From Eledone cirrhosa (lineage: Eukaryota): 64,000 bases of DNA. This document shows positions 27,881 through 40,661 of this stretch, piece after piece. The stretch lies in NCBI GenBank assembly GCA_964016885.1, contig OZ024741.1, forward strand, positions 58,652,001 to 58,716,000, in the 5' to 3' direction. Made by a program: the position numbers and the translations under genes. The notes under the pieces were generated by a model that searched no databases, had not been told where the DNA came from, and was given only the letters and a program-made list of their open reading frames with translations. Numbering within the stretch: the stretch's first letter is position 1; each line of letters begins with the position of its first letter.

Positions 27881-28186
27881 ATTCCGAACTGGTCCCGGAG
27901 TGATACCAAGTAAAGTCCCTAAAAGCACTGAAAATGTGATACTTGTCTTGAATGGACGGGAACCGTCCAAAATAGATTTTGCCAAATTGTGGCTTGATTT
28001 CCTTCCAACGTTAACAAATTTAAAAAATGTGGCTGTGATTTTATTGGGCAATGAACAATGTAATAATGAATGGATTAAATCTTACATGCAGCTCAGAGGT
28101 GGGCCTGTAAAGTTTGTCTTTTTGGTCTATGATAGTCCCGATATTGATGACCAGAACTTCTACCAGTGGCCTTTAGGAGTTGCAAC
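27881..28186 (+). CDS. RXYLT1: Internal coding exon of ribitol-5-phosphate xylosyltransferase 1 (TMEM5/RXYLT1 orthologue)
   Basis: Translation FRTGPGVIPSKVPKSTENVILVLNGREPSKIDFAKLWL...VAVILLGNEQCNNEWIKSYMQLRGGPVKFVFLVYDSPDIDDQNFYQWPLGVAT matches the recalled human TMEM5 segment (ITGPAVIP..NVVLILNGRE..AVVLLGNEHCDNEWI..YDSPWI..FQWPLGVAT). Polypyrimidine acceptor tttttctccttcttttctAG ends at 27880 and donor AC|GTAAGT starts at 28187. Length 306 nt, phase 2 at both ends. Confidence 0.93.
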
Positions 28187-28911
28187 GTAAGTATTTGCTC
28201 ACTTTACACTATTTCATCATCGTATAAGACTTGTATTTGTTGATAAGGAAAACATTTATACGGTTTTATTAATAATCAGGTAATTAATCCATCAATCATT
28301 TTGTTAATTGGGAAGGTACATTCATTAGCCTATAGGTTAGAGGGTTGGACTTATAATCATAAAGTTGTGAGTTTGAATCCTGGACCAGGTGGGATGTTTT
28401 TGAGCATGACTCTTCATTTCATATTGCATTATAGGACTGATATCATTAAAACATCTGAGAAACCTTTGAGATGCAACCTCATAGGAATCCAGCTAAACTT
28501 GCATATGTGTGAGCTGTAAATTTCATTATATTTTTTCATTTCAACTAGTTCATTAGTTGTCAAAGTTTTTTCATAACAGCATCTGATGTTATCAATAGCT
28601 CTTGCTCTTTGTCCACATTTAGACTTTGCTACAACATTTTGTCTGTCTACAAAGTGTAGTGTGTGCAAGCGTATATTTTGATTGGCAGCATGACCCTCTC
28701 AAAGCAACAATTTCTGTTTCAACATATGATTTTACACCAAGGCTCTTGCAAAACAAATACAACTAGCTCAGGGTGGTTTGTTCCAGTTGTGAACATCCCA
28801 TCTTTTTTTCAAGCACTGCATCTAAAACTACATTATCAGGTATGTTCTCTTCTCTTCCCCAGGGTATGCCTTGGTATTAGACACTATCTGCCTGTCCCGC
28901 TGCCTAACTAG

Positions 28912-29338
28912 TAATGGGTACAAGTGAGTAAAAGTCCCAATTAAGAGGAGTAGAAATACATGGACACATAGAAGTAGAATACGTGGAAAAGCACATTAAT
29001 AAAGCAAAGGTATAAATATATAAATAAACCAACAAGAGTGGTGGTGGAGTAAGATGGAGAAATCAAGACATAGGAGAAATACAATATAGTTCAGGTTGCA
29101 GTATTTTTGTTCCCAGGGGGAGACATTCTAATGTCGTGTGCTAATGGGTACACGCGAGTAAAAGTCCGAATAAGAGGAGTAAAAGCTACATGGATGTATA
29201 GAAGTAGAATACGTGGAAAAAACATTAATACAGCAAAGGTAGAAAGATATAAAGATATAAATAAACAAACAAGAGTGGTGGTGGAGTAAATGGAGAAATC
29301 AAAACACAGGAGAAATACAATATAGTTCAAGTTGCAGT
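28912..29338. repeat. Direct repeat pair of about 190 bp (28912-29102 and 29142-29338)
   Basis: taatgggtaca..gagtaaaagtcc..agaagtagaatacgtggaaaa..aacaagagtggtggtggagtaa..aggagaaatacaatatagttca.gttgcagt occurs twice with a spacer of about 40 nt. Confidence 0.9.
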
Positions 29339-29634
29339 CAGATAATACATATAGATGTGGAAATGGGATCAGTGTGTGTTCGAGTCTGAGAATTCAGTGT
29401 GAGTTACGCAGGCCCTGAAGTATAGGGTAGAGAATTTAGTCAATACAGTACAGTACAATACATGTTGTGGTATAATCCGTAGAATTTCGTCAAAGTCTGA
29501 ATATCCTGAAAGGGAAGTAGCAATGTGCCAAATGGGCGGTTGGTAAAAACACCGAGTAGCCAAAATCCGAATGGTGGTTAGATATATTCAGTCACATGCC
29601 GCTGTATGTATATATATATATATATGTATGTATG

Positions 29635-29675
<41 letters not shown>

Positions 29676-29720
29676 ATATATATATATATGTATATATCTA
29701 TATGTGTATATATATATATC

Positions 29721-29849
<129 letters not shown>

Positions 29850-29919
29850 GTATATATATGTATATATATATGTATATATATATGTATATATATATATATG
29901 TATATATATATGTATATAT

Positions 29920-29951
<32 letters not shown>

Positions 29952-30090
29952 GTATATATATATGTATATATATATATATGTATATATGTATATGTATATA
30001 TATATGTATATATATATGTATATATATATGTATATATATATGTATATATATATATATGTGTATGTATATATATATATATATGTATATATA

Positions 30091-30204
30091 CGTTATTCCG
30101 GGTTGAATCGGAGGTAACCACAGTAAGTAAGGTACTCAATACATTGCAGAGTACTGATGATTTTATAAAGAATGAAACAGTTCTAGTCCTGTAGAATCTC
30201 ATCT
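30091..30204 (+). mobile_element. Penelope-like terminus with hammerhead, same family as 15795-15990
   Basis: CTGATGA (30154)..GAAAC (30174)-agttctagtcct-GTA. 30111-30150 is the reverse complement of 15936-15978. Embedded between two long (TA)n arrays. Confidence 0.7.
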
Positions 30205-30249
30205 ATATATGTATATATATATGTGTATGTATATATATATATGTGTATG

Positions 30250-30282
<33 letters not shown>

Positions 30283-30309
30283 GTATGTATATATATATAT
30301 ATATGTATG

Positions 30310-30340
<31 letters not shown>

Positions 30341-30519
30341 GTGTATGTATATATGTATATATGTATATATATATGTGTATGTATGTATATATATATGTGT
30401 ATGTATATATATATATATGTGTATGTATATATATATATATGTGTATGTATATATATATATATATGTGTATATATATATATATATATATGTGTGTGTATGT
30501 ATATATATATATATATGTG

Positions 30520-30550
<31 letters not shown>

Positions 30551-30561
30551 ATATATATATG

Positions 30562-30778
30562 TAATGTGGCCGTGTAGGCAACACGGTAAAAACCTCCCAG
30601 ACCCACACTGTAAATGTGGTTGGTGTTAGGAAGGGCATCCAACTGTAGAAAACCTGCCAGACAGTCCTATGCGAGCAAGACAATCACTCTTGCCTCAAGT
30701 GGGACTACCCCCGTCCAAACCCATGCAAGCGTGGAACACGGACGTTAAACGTTGATGATGATGATGATGATGATGATG
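30562..30778 (+). mobile_element. RTE 3' UTR copy (short truncated insertion); related tails are dispersed through the window
   Basis: Nearly identical to 22178-22384 (ggaagggcatcca..agacagtcctatgcgagcaagacaa..ccaaacccatgcaagcgtgg..ggacgttaaac-gatgatgat). Other copies at about 1700-2200(-), 13892-14165(-), 14912-15790(-), 16001-16110(+), 24910-25185(+), 43788-44110(-), 48850-49272(+) and 58840-59095(+). Confidence 0.85.
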
Positions 30779-30977
30779 TGTATATATGTGTATATATATA
30801 TATGTATATGTGTGTGTATATATATATATATGTATATGTGTGTGTATATATATATATATGTATATGTGTGTGTATATATATATATATATATATGTGTGTA
30901 TATATATATATATGTATATCTATATCGACTTATGCAGCTTCATCAGCGGGTACCACCTAATCAATAACCAATATATG

Positions 30978-31028
<51 letters not shown>

Positions 31029-31101
31029 TTATATATGTATATATGTATTTATATATATATGTATATATATATATACATGCACACATATATATATGCACGT
31101 A

Positions 31102-32019
31102 TCAGTTTACCGAACATTTATTATAATGCTCGGTTTGTTTGTTTGTAAACAAACAAACAGCCCGAATTACGTCGTACAGTGTTTAGGCAACCACGTCACC
31201 TTTTTGTTCAACACTGACACAGGAACGATGTACTAGTTTTCATACTTTACACATGTAATACTTACGTTTCAGGCAGTGTTCTGAGCAAAAAAAATTTTGA
31301 ATTTTCTATGCCCCAGGGACCACGTTAGGCGATTTAGCGATCTTGTTCTATAATTCTTAGTCTTTCTCTTTTTAAATAGATACATACATATAACGTCGCG
31401 CCCTTATAATATCTGTCTGTATGTCTGACTGCCGGTATTACGTCACTTCCTTGAGGATGTTTGTGTGTGTGAGTTTGAATCCCTAAAACTCGAGAAGTAC
31501 CCAACCGATTTTTTTCAAACTTTACATGTGTATTATGTTTCAACTTTTTTTTATCTCCTAGGTGAAAAACTGCATTGTTTAACATTTTTAGGGATTTTTT
31601 GAGGCGTTACATCAGACCAATTTCCTTGAAATTGTAACTATGTATTAGTCAGTCTCTTCTTCATACCGTAAGCAAAGAAAATCCAACTTTCTTATGGCCT
31701 AGGGCCCGTATTAGGTGAAAAACTTCATATTTTCAGCTTTTTAGTGCTTTTTGGAGGCGTTACGTCTAGCCGATTTTCCCGAAATTTCAAGGCATATTAT
31801 GTACATAAAAAAAATTCATTTTCTTGATCCCCTAGGGCCCACATTAGGTGAAAACCAGCATTTTTCCTGCTTCATCGAGGAAAATCTTAAAGATTATCCA
31901 GCCATCAGAGTATTCGGTTTATTTTCTTTACATATTGTCCAGGCATGCAGTTTTTAGGTCTATTGGCGAACCGCATTCCAAAATACCTTATCCCGTGCAA
32001 CGCCGGGTACCACTGCTAG
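31102..32019 (+). mobile_element. Non-autonomous Helitron
   Basis: 3' hairpin cccgtgcaacgccggg (31992-32007), then CTAG|T at 32016-32020. Internal gtttgtttgt/ctgtctgt microsatellites and an accgatttttttcaaacttt motif typical of animal Helitrons. The 5' A|TC at 31101-31103 is tentative. Confidence 0.75.
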
Positions 32020-32034
32020 TATATATATATGTAT

Positions 32035-33255
32035 GTATATCTCTTTCTCTTAATTTCGAGTATATTTTTTTGACCGGCCACCTTCCTGGTGACAAGGTTG
32101 TAAAAGAAAAGAAATTGTCATCCCTTGAATCACAAGAATGTTTTGCAAATTTTGAAGGTGCCAGCTATCGCAGCCATTTGTAGACTATGAATTAGGGAGC
32201 TGCGCTCTTTGTCCGCAAATCCAAGTTCAGTCATACTTTGATCCAAACGCGTTGGTATATAACCCGTAGCTCCAATAATGATGGGTATTAAGCTAAAGGT
32301 TTATCTTGGATACTGGATTTGCAAACTCCTCATCAATGGTCAGTAGATGTCCTCCTTCTCCTGTATTTTTCTGACAACGTTTACATCAAGTGGGCAGCTG
32401 ATCTCCACAACAGAACACGTTTTCAATGTGTGGTCCCAAACAACAATATCAGGCCGGTTGTGCTTTAATTTGGTGGCAGTTTTTATTTTCAGGTTCCACC
32501 AGTATTCCTTAGTGCCATCTGTCTCAATATATTCTTCCTCGTTTGTTGTTAATTTTGTTTTCCGAAGTGCGTTCCAAATGGTTCTAGCTATTCCATCATT
32601 TTTCATGGGGAGGTAGTAGCAAGATGACATTCTTTCGCAGCTGGCAACAATGTGGCTTACACCCTCGATCTTTGTTTTACATAGCCTACATTTGTTGTCA
32701 GCTGATGGCCCTCCCCTTTTGTGCAGCAGATATTTGGTAGGGAGTTCTTGCTCCTGTATTGCATAGAGATATTCCCTCCATGCCAGGCTTTTTGAGTGGT
32801 TTATCCCCTCTATGGTCTGTGTTTTACGTCTCAAGTATCCATGCACAACTTTTTCTTTAAATTGGTCAATTTTTTCATCTTGTTTGAACATTGAATAGGA
32901 TCTTCCTATTTTTCTGGGTGAGAGATTTATATCAGGCTTTATTCCATATCTCTCCTCCAGATCAGTGGCTATTCTAATGATATTTTTTTTTTTCATGCTC
33001 ATAAACCTGGGGAAGATGGTTGCCAACCTTTTTCCTCTGTTGAAGGTGTTGCTTCAGTGTTACTATCCGAGTCTCATATGATGTTAATATGGATTTTAGA
33101 CCCCGGCCACCTCCCTTGCGTGAGAAGTATAGCCTATCCACATCACCATTGATGTTAAAGTTCCCAGTAACACTGAGATGTTTGCGAGTTCTAACATTCA
33201 TCTCACTTAGTTCTTGCAATGACCAGTTCAGCAGGCCAAATATTGGCGTTAGAAT
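32035..33255 (-). mobile_element. R4/Dong-like non-LTR retrotransposon 3' half (CCHC knuckle + restriction-like endonuclease)
   Basis: DVDRLYFSRKGGGRGLKS, YAIQEQEL, CRLCKTKIEGVSHIVASC (CCHC), KHNRPDIVVWD..VVEISCPLD (PD-D/E RLE), PIIIGATGYIP. Frameshifted and flanked by TA/TG microsatellite. Confidence 0.85.
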
Positions 33256-33289
33256 TGTATGTATATATATATGTATGTATATATGTCAG

Positions 33290-33910
33290 GTCACCAGTTG
33301 GTGCTACTGGTAACATGTATCCCAGTACAACCTGTCTCATGGTCGGGTCGTTGGCGACTAAACTGGCAACCCCACCAAGATTTCTTGGTGAGGAGGGTGA
33401 CTTTGGACATCCTGCAGGACTAAAAACAAAACCTGTCAAAGGGCAAAGGAGCTCTTAAGAGTCAATGGCCATCCAAAATCACCGGGAGAGATGACCCCTT
33501 AGCCTTTGTCAAGGCAGAATTCTAGGAGAAGGAAAACTCTGATATAACACCTGCAACCCTGATGGTATCCAATGATGTTGACTTGTTCTTCTTTTTGGTA
33601 AATATCATCTTGGTTAAGAGAGTGGGACTGGCTTTGTGCAGTGCCTTTGCTCACTATAAAAGCTTCACGGCACAGACATTGCTTTATATCTGGAGTTCTC
33701 TCTGCACTTGTCGTTACATGGTACCATGGGCCCAGCACTATGTGTCAATAATTGTCACAAGTGTAGTGTTTGTACCAGAGTTTTCAAGTCGCTGGCTGGA
33801 CTAAAAAATCACACTCGTTCAGCGCATCCGTGGGGGTTCTCCTACATGGATATAAAGTAGTGGCCGTACTCGAAAACGAGTTGGCAGCCACCATGTATGT
33901 ATGTATGTAT
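33290..33910 (+). mobile_element. Non-autonomous RTE derivative (5' UTR-like part joined to C-terminal C2H2 zinc finger and (ATGT)n tail)
   Basis: RTE 5' UTR-like motif ctaggagaaggaaaactctgatataa near 33522. CSVCTRVFKSLAGLKNHTRSAH at 33762-33827, then a stop, a short UTR and an atgtatgt tail. No APE or RT between them. Confidence 0.6.
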
Positions 33911-34315
33911 ATATCATCATCATCATTTTACGTCCGTTCTTCCATGCTAGCATGGGTTACACGGGTTGTCCTGTTGTGGGCAGTGTCTGGTCAGCTGACC
34001 ATGCCTTGCTCATACAGGAACTGATTTTGGCTTGATTTCTACAGCTGGATGCCCTTCCTAACACCAACCTCATTTACAGTGAGTGCTGGGTGCTTTTTCC
34101 GTGGCGCCTACACATCCACTTTACAGTGTGTGCTGGGTGCTTTTTTTCCGTGGCACCTCCACGACCACCTTGCTGTGGGAGGGTGTGGGGGCATATTGTC
34201 TATATGCTTCAGCTTGTACCCATGGGAGGTCGGGTACTCTGTATTACTGCGTGACGCCAGAGGTCACGGTCATGTGTCATCGCCTTTGAGAGGTGTAATT
34301 GGGTAAAGTCGGCTT
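33905..34315 (-). mobile_element. 5'-truncated RTE (ORF end + 3' UTR + GAT tail)
   Basis: [30 protein letters not shown] matches the 21915-22005 C-terminus. (CAT)n on the plus strand at about 33914. Confidence 0.85.
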
Positions 34316-34759
34316 TTATGTATGTATGTATATATATATGTATATATATATATATATATGTATGTATATATATATATGTATCTATATATATATGTATGTG
34401 TATATATATATGTATGTATGTGTGTATATATATATGTATGTGTATATATGTATGTATGTATGTATATATATATATGTATGTATATATATATATGTATGTA
34501 TATATATATATGTATGTATATATATATATGTATATATATATATGTATGTATATATATATATGTATGTATATATATATATGTATGTATATATATATATGTA
34601 TGTATATATACATATGTATGTATATATATATATGTATGTATATATATATGTATGTATATATATATATAATGGAAAATTTGAACAGGAACAAAACAGAGAG
34701 GCAGTACAACGAAGGTTTATTGATTTCACGCTCTGGAGAGTGGGGTGGTGGTGGGGAAC

Positions 34760-34788
34760 GACGTTTCGGGCATAAGCCCTTCCTCAGG
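34760..34788 (-). ncRNA. Minimal type I hammerhead ribozyme in a Penelope-like pLTR remnant (about 34668-34945)
   Basis: Minus strand: c-CUGAGGA-a-GGGC-uuau-GCCC-GAAAC-GUC, with a palindromic ACGU stem III. AATAAA lies downstream (tttatt at 34716-34721 on plus). Confidence 0.8.
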
Positions 34789-35008
34789 TGAGAAGTGTGT
34801 GGGAACAGAGTTCAAAGGGTGTGTAGGGGAGTGGTGGAGAGACATAGCGAAAGGAAACGGTGCGAATGAAATTAAAAATAAAAATAAAGCATGATCAACA
34901 TATACGGAAATAAACAAGTACAGTAACAAAATCAAACAGAAGATATATATATATTTATATATATGTATATATGTATGTATATATATTTATATATGTATAT
35001 ATATTTAT

Positions 35009-35058
<50 letters not shown>

Positions 35059-35071
35059 ATATGTATGTATG

Positions 35072-35102
<31 letters not shown>

Positions 35103-35187
35103 GTATGTATGTATGTATATATGTATGTATGTATATATATATGTATATATATATGTATGTATATATATATATATATGTGTATGTATG

Positions 35188-35218
<31 letters not shown>

Positions 35219-35367
35219 GTGTATGTATGTATATGTATATTAGCCATACTCAAAAACAAGGGTCATGCTGCCAATAAAAACTCGCGCACCTGTTGGTTTT
35301 CGGTTCAATTCATTATAAGTTTCTGGTTGGCTTGTTGGTTCTATAACCAAAAGGTTGTTTATATATT

Positions 35368-35410
35368 GTCAAAGCTCTTTCGTCACACATTCTGTGACCT
35401 CCTTAGTGAC
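35368..35410 (-). ncRNA. Minimal hammerhead motif with a core G-to-A mutation in a Penelope-like remnant (about 35240-35470)
   Basis: Minus: GUCA-CUAAGGA-g-GUCAC-agaaugu-GUGAC-GAAA-gagcuu-UGAC. Stems I and II pair, and stem III contains the palindrome AGCU. Confidence 0.65.
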
Positions 35411-35529
35411 TAAGTTTTTATTTTGTTCTGTCCTACATCTTCTGGCTTAAGGCATACTTTAGTCTTAGATATGTATATATATATATATATACATGTATAT
35501 GTATATATGTGTGTATATATATATATATA

Positions 35530-35586
<57 letters not shown>

Positions 35587-35651
35587 ATATATATGTATGT
35601 GTGTGTGTATATATATGTATGTGTGTGTGTATATATATGTATGTGTGTGTG

Positions 35652-35684
<33 letters not shown>

Positions 35685-36580
35685 GTATGTGTGTGTGTGT
35701 GTGTATATATATGTATGTGTGTGTGTATATATGTATGTGTGTGTGTATATATATGTATGTCTGTGTGTGTATATATATGTATGTGTGTGTGTGTGTATAT
35801 ATATATGTATATGTGTATATATGTATATATATATGTCATCATCATCACCGTGTTACGTCCGTTCTTCCACGCTAGCATGGGTTATATATATATGTATGTA
35901 TATGTATATATATATATGTATTGTATGCATGTACAGTAAATATGTGTATGTGTGTATGTTATATGGTATGTATGTGTGCATATGGTTATATGTATTTATA
36001 TATGGTATGCATGTATGTATATATATATATATATATGCACTAATTTATTCACCCTGATGCCACTATCAAGCAACCTTGTCTATATTTAACTTTGATATTA
36101 AATCACACCTGCTTGCAGACTTTCATGTTTTGTATTCATCTCATTATTTTTTAAAAGCTAGTCTTGTTATACTTTCCATTATTATTCCATATAACATCAA
36201 TATATGTATATATGTGCATGCGTATATAGAGTAAGTGCTTGGGTATTTAGAGCCTTAAGCTACTTCCACAATGTGCACCTCATTCTTTTAAATAAAATTC
36301 TTTCCATTAACTGTTTTGTAAGCTGAGGAACCTAGTTTTTGACACTTCCTGTTCTAACCACACTAAGAAAATTTTTCACTGCACAGTTTTCACACTCACC
36401 TGTGACAAGTCATAACACCATACAACTCTCTCCATCACTTTAGATATTAACACAATACTACTAAGCAATGAAGATGCTTGGTAATTTGTTTATTGATTGT
36501 AGGCAATTATTGTATAAAAACTGTGATCCTTTACACATGCACGCTTACACACACTCACACGTGCGTGCATACATACATAT

Positions 36581-36621
<41 letters not shown>

Positions 36622-37960
36622 CATTAATTGAAAATCATAGTATCTTTCATTTTAGAAATATGGTAACAAAATCGTTAAAGTGTTTATATTTATCTATAAA
36701 CTTTCCATCATAATTCTATGTTACGACCTTTGTTTTCTTAACAAATAAAACTGCAGTTATGTTGCTAAATCCCTTAAAATGTTTTATTATTTTCAAAAAT
36801 TTTAGGTATATGGTAATGAAATGGTTAAATAAAGAACTTAGTATGGAAATAGTGTTCAACTTAATGCAATATCACTAAGCATATAAGTTTCTTATCATGC
36901 AATGTCAGTATGAAAAAAATGAGATACTAATGATAATAGTATTAATGCACCATGGCATTAATGCAACATTTGCACATAATAATACTGTTATACAGTAACG
37001 TTTTCAAACTGAGAAACTGCTTTATGTAGTATACTGCATAATAACCCATTTCTCATATAGTTCATGATAATCACAAATATGATGATTGTTGTGATGGTGG
37101 TTATGGTGGTGGTGTTGAAAATGGTAGTGGTGAAGGTCATGTTGATGATGGTGCTGGTGTTGAACATGGTGCTGATAGTGCTGATTACTGCTGATGTGGT
37201 GACATTTGTGTTCGCATACAAAGAAAATGGAAAATAAAATAGAAAACAAGATTAAAAAAAAAAGAAAAGTCATTTTCTAAACTGATTGATCTTCCCCTGC
37301 CCACCACATCCACCTCACCACTCCCCGCCACATCCATCTTACCCTTACCCCTCTCTACCGCTAACACTGTTAAAATATCTTTACAGACAACATTTAGCAT
37401 GGAAAGAGAGATATATATATACGCACAATACTCATGTAAATACACATTCACACACACAAATACACAACATGCACATATTACAAAATCAATGATTTTAACA
37501 TACACCTAAATGCATGCATAATACACACCTATGAACATACATATATATACACACATTCACATATGATAACTAATACACACACACATGCACATATCAACAA
37601 AATCAATGATTTCAACAAAAGTTTCTTGACATAGAAATAAAAAAAACTATGTGGGATGGAATTATATATATTTATGTGTGTGTGTGCATATGTGTAATAT
37701 TTATGTATATATATATATATATATATGCACACACACACACACACACATATACATACATATAGCCGTTCCCAAAAAATGATGCCACCATCCTCATCCTCTA
37801 TATAGAAATACTGAATAACTACACTAGGAGTCCATCTTTAGTTACAATGAAAGACATCATCACGCATGTGTATTTTTGATCTCTGTGAGCTTCAATGTTA
37901 ACATATTGAGTGATGAATTCAAAGTCTCTCATTCTCTCTCTCTCTATATATATATATATA

Positions 37961-38116
37961 GAAGTGGTTACACAACAGTTAGTTCACCATACCTAGAACA
38001 ATTGTTTCACCTTAGCGGATCCTCAGCTCGTAATGGACATGGTTACTTCTACCTAACTTGTCCCATGGACTGAGTGCTCTACCACTACGGATATTACCTT
38101 CCAGTGTTCTACCACT
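37961..38116 (-). mobile_element. Same family, copy 2, with an intact hammerhead core on the minus strand
   Basis: Minus 38026-38004: CTGAGGA-tccgctaaggt-GAAAC. (TA)n on both sides. Confidence 0.65.
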
Positions 38117-39238
38117 ATATATATATATATATACATACACACACACACACAACTTTAGTTATAACTAATTTAAGAGTAATTTCTAAGATTTACTTGGGAG
38201 TTTAACTCTTAATATCTTGTACCACATGAAATCATATTTGCAGGACATTCTTGAAAAGTAGGAATCAACACTGACCACATCACATTAAATATTAAATTTT
38301 TTGCATTTGTTCACCAGTAAAGCTAGTATAAACATTTCAATTAATAAATATATTTTTTTCATTTTGTATTTTCTGCTAAATGTTAAGAATTAATATTAAA
38401 GTGGTTGGTGATAGGAATAGCATTCTGTGTAGAAATTAGGCCAAAATCAAGAGAAAGGTGAACAGGGGGCGGGGGGGGGGGGTCAAGAGTTGAAACTGGG
38501 AGAGAGAGAGGTTAGTCATGACGCAGTCAGTTTATGGTAGTCCATAAATAAATAGAATCAGGGGCAGTTTCAGTTGGTTTGGTATTAAAATGGTTAAATG
38601 CTTTATACTCAAAATGTAATTATTTGTTTCTACTTTTGGCACAAGGCCAGCAATTATCCCAGTGCATTACTGATGTAATTATTGTCAAGTAAAAGGGATC
38701 ACCTGGAGAATTTGGCATTTGTTTTTACATATGTTGAAGAAACATTTGGCATTTTGAAATTAAATCAAGCAGTCAATGTTGATTTACAGCAGCTAGCTCT
38801 CAAGAAAATCTAATTTCTAAACAAAAGACATGGGCATGAATTATCTTTTATGATCTGGTATAAATCTAGAACGAGTGTTGGGTTGATACTTATGATAAGA
38901 ATACAATCTAGGAGGCTTTTATTTCCTTCTTAATTGTATCATAGCATTTATTATGTTGGACAGTAGTGTTTGGCATGTTGAGTGTGTGCCACCCACAACA
39001 CACGATATTCAATATACAATACAACACAATGCACAATACACAACATTCAATATACAGTACAATATACAATACAAGATATAATACATTATAGAATAGAAAT
39101 AAGCTGGAAAAAGTATTTGTAGGTAAGCAAATTCAATTTCTTTAAATACAAAAGCCTATCATTGGCAAAGCAGATAATTTGATAACTTCATCAAGGAATT
39201 GCTTCTTAGAATTCTTTGTATAATGTAACAAGTTCTAA

Positions 39239-39286
<48 letters not shown>

Positions 39287-40623
39287 CTCTTCATTCTATT
39301 AACACTAGTACTGCACGACCATCAATATTTCTGCTGCTGCTTCTATTACTAATAATACTAGTAATAATTTCTCATTTAGACATAAGGCCAGCAGTTTGGA
39401 GCACAGAAGGAAAAAGTCAAATATATTGACCAACTCTGGTTCTTGACTAGTACTTTACTTTATTGACCTGGTAAGGTTGAATAGTAAAGTTGACCCCAGT
39501 AGGATTTTAAATCAGAATGAAAAGAGCTGTAACTAAATGCTATAAACCATTTTGTCCAATACTCTCACGATTCTGCCAATCAACCATTCTTAATAATAAT
39601 AATTGTTTCTACTTTAGGCACAAGGCCAGCAATTACCCAGTACATTACTGGTACTTTATTTTATCGACCCCGTAAGGATGAAAGGCAAAGTTAACCTCGG
39701 CGGGATTTGAACTCAGACTGTAAAGGGACGTAACTATGCTAGAAAGCATAGCGTCCAACCCTCTACCGATACTGCCAATTCACCGCTCTTAATAATAATA
39801 ATAATGGTTTCTGATTTAGGCATAAGGCCAACAATTTTGGTGGAGGAGATAGTTGATTAAACCCACTCCAGTGTGTTACTGGTACTTTATTTTATCAGGC
39901 GCCCTAAGGATGAAAGGCAAAGCTAACTTCAGTGGGACTTGAATTCAGAATATAAAGAACCCAGAACAAATAATGCTAAGCATTTTATCTGATGATCTAA
40001 CACTTCTGCCAATCTTCCACTCTCCTTAATTATAAGATAACCACATATGAGCATGATATGGTTCCCCAACCCATCTAGGAAGACAATAACTTTGAATAAG
40101 CTCTGACTCTGATGGTGACAACCTGTCCAACCCATGCCAGCATGGAAAGCAGACATAAAATGATAATTAACACCGCTCTACACTCCTCCCTTTCCACAGC
40201 ATCTTCAATAAAACAAAGTACTCTCTCCACTTGATATATTGATTACCTTACTTTAATTATGGTTCCTTTTGGTTCTTTAATTGAAAACCATTCAACCGTA
40301 CACACACACATATATAGAGCGGAAAATTGGCAGAGTTGTTAAAATGTAGGAGAGAATGTTTCATAGTATTCATTCCAGCTCTCTGCACTCTTCGTTCAAA
40401 TACCACCAGGTTCAATTCTACCTTTCATCTGAAGTCAATAAAGTACCAGTACAGTACTGGGGTTGGTTTTTCCTCTATATCTCTTTATCACATCCTATCT
40501 CTTTTGTTTTCTTTTTCTGGAAGGAATCAGCTGTTCAGACCAGGTATAAATGTCACTATCGTGCCTCTATGTCTCAATAAATTGTTACGGGTTAAATGCA
40601 TGGTATAAATATATGTATTCATT

Positions 40624-40661
<38 letters not shown>

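Larger units (their letters stand above)
34318..36035. repeat. Compound (TA)n/(TATG)n microsatellite field interrupted by Penelope-like remnants
   Basis: Blocks at 34318-34668, 34945-35240, 35470-35835 and 35883-36035. Confidence 0.97.
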
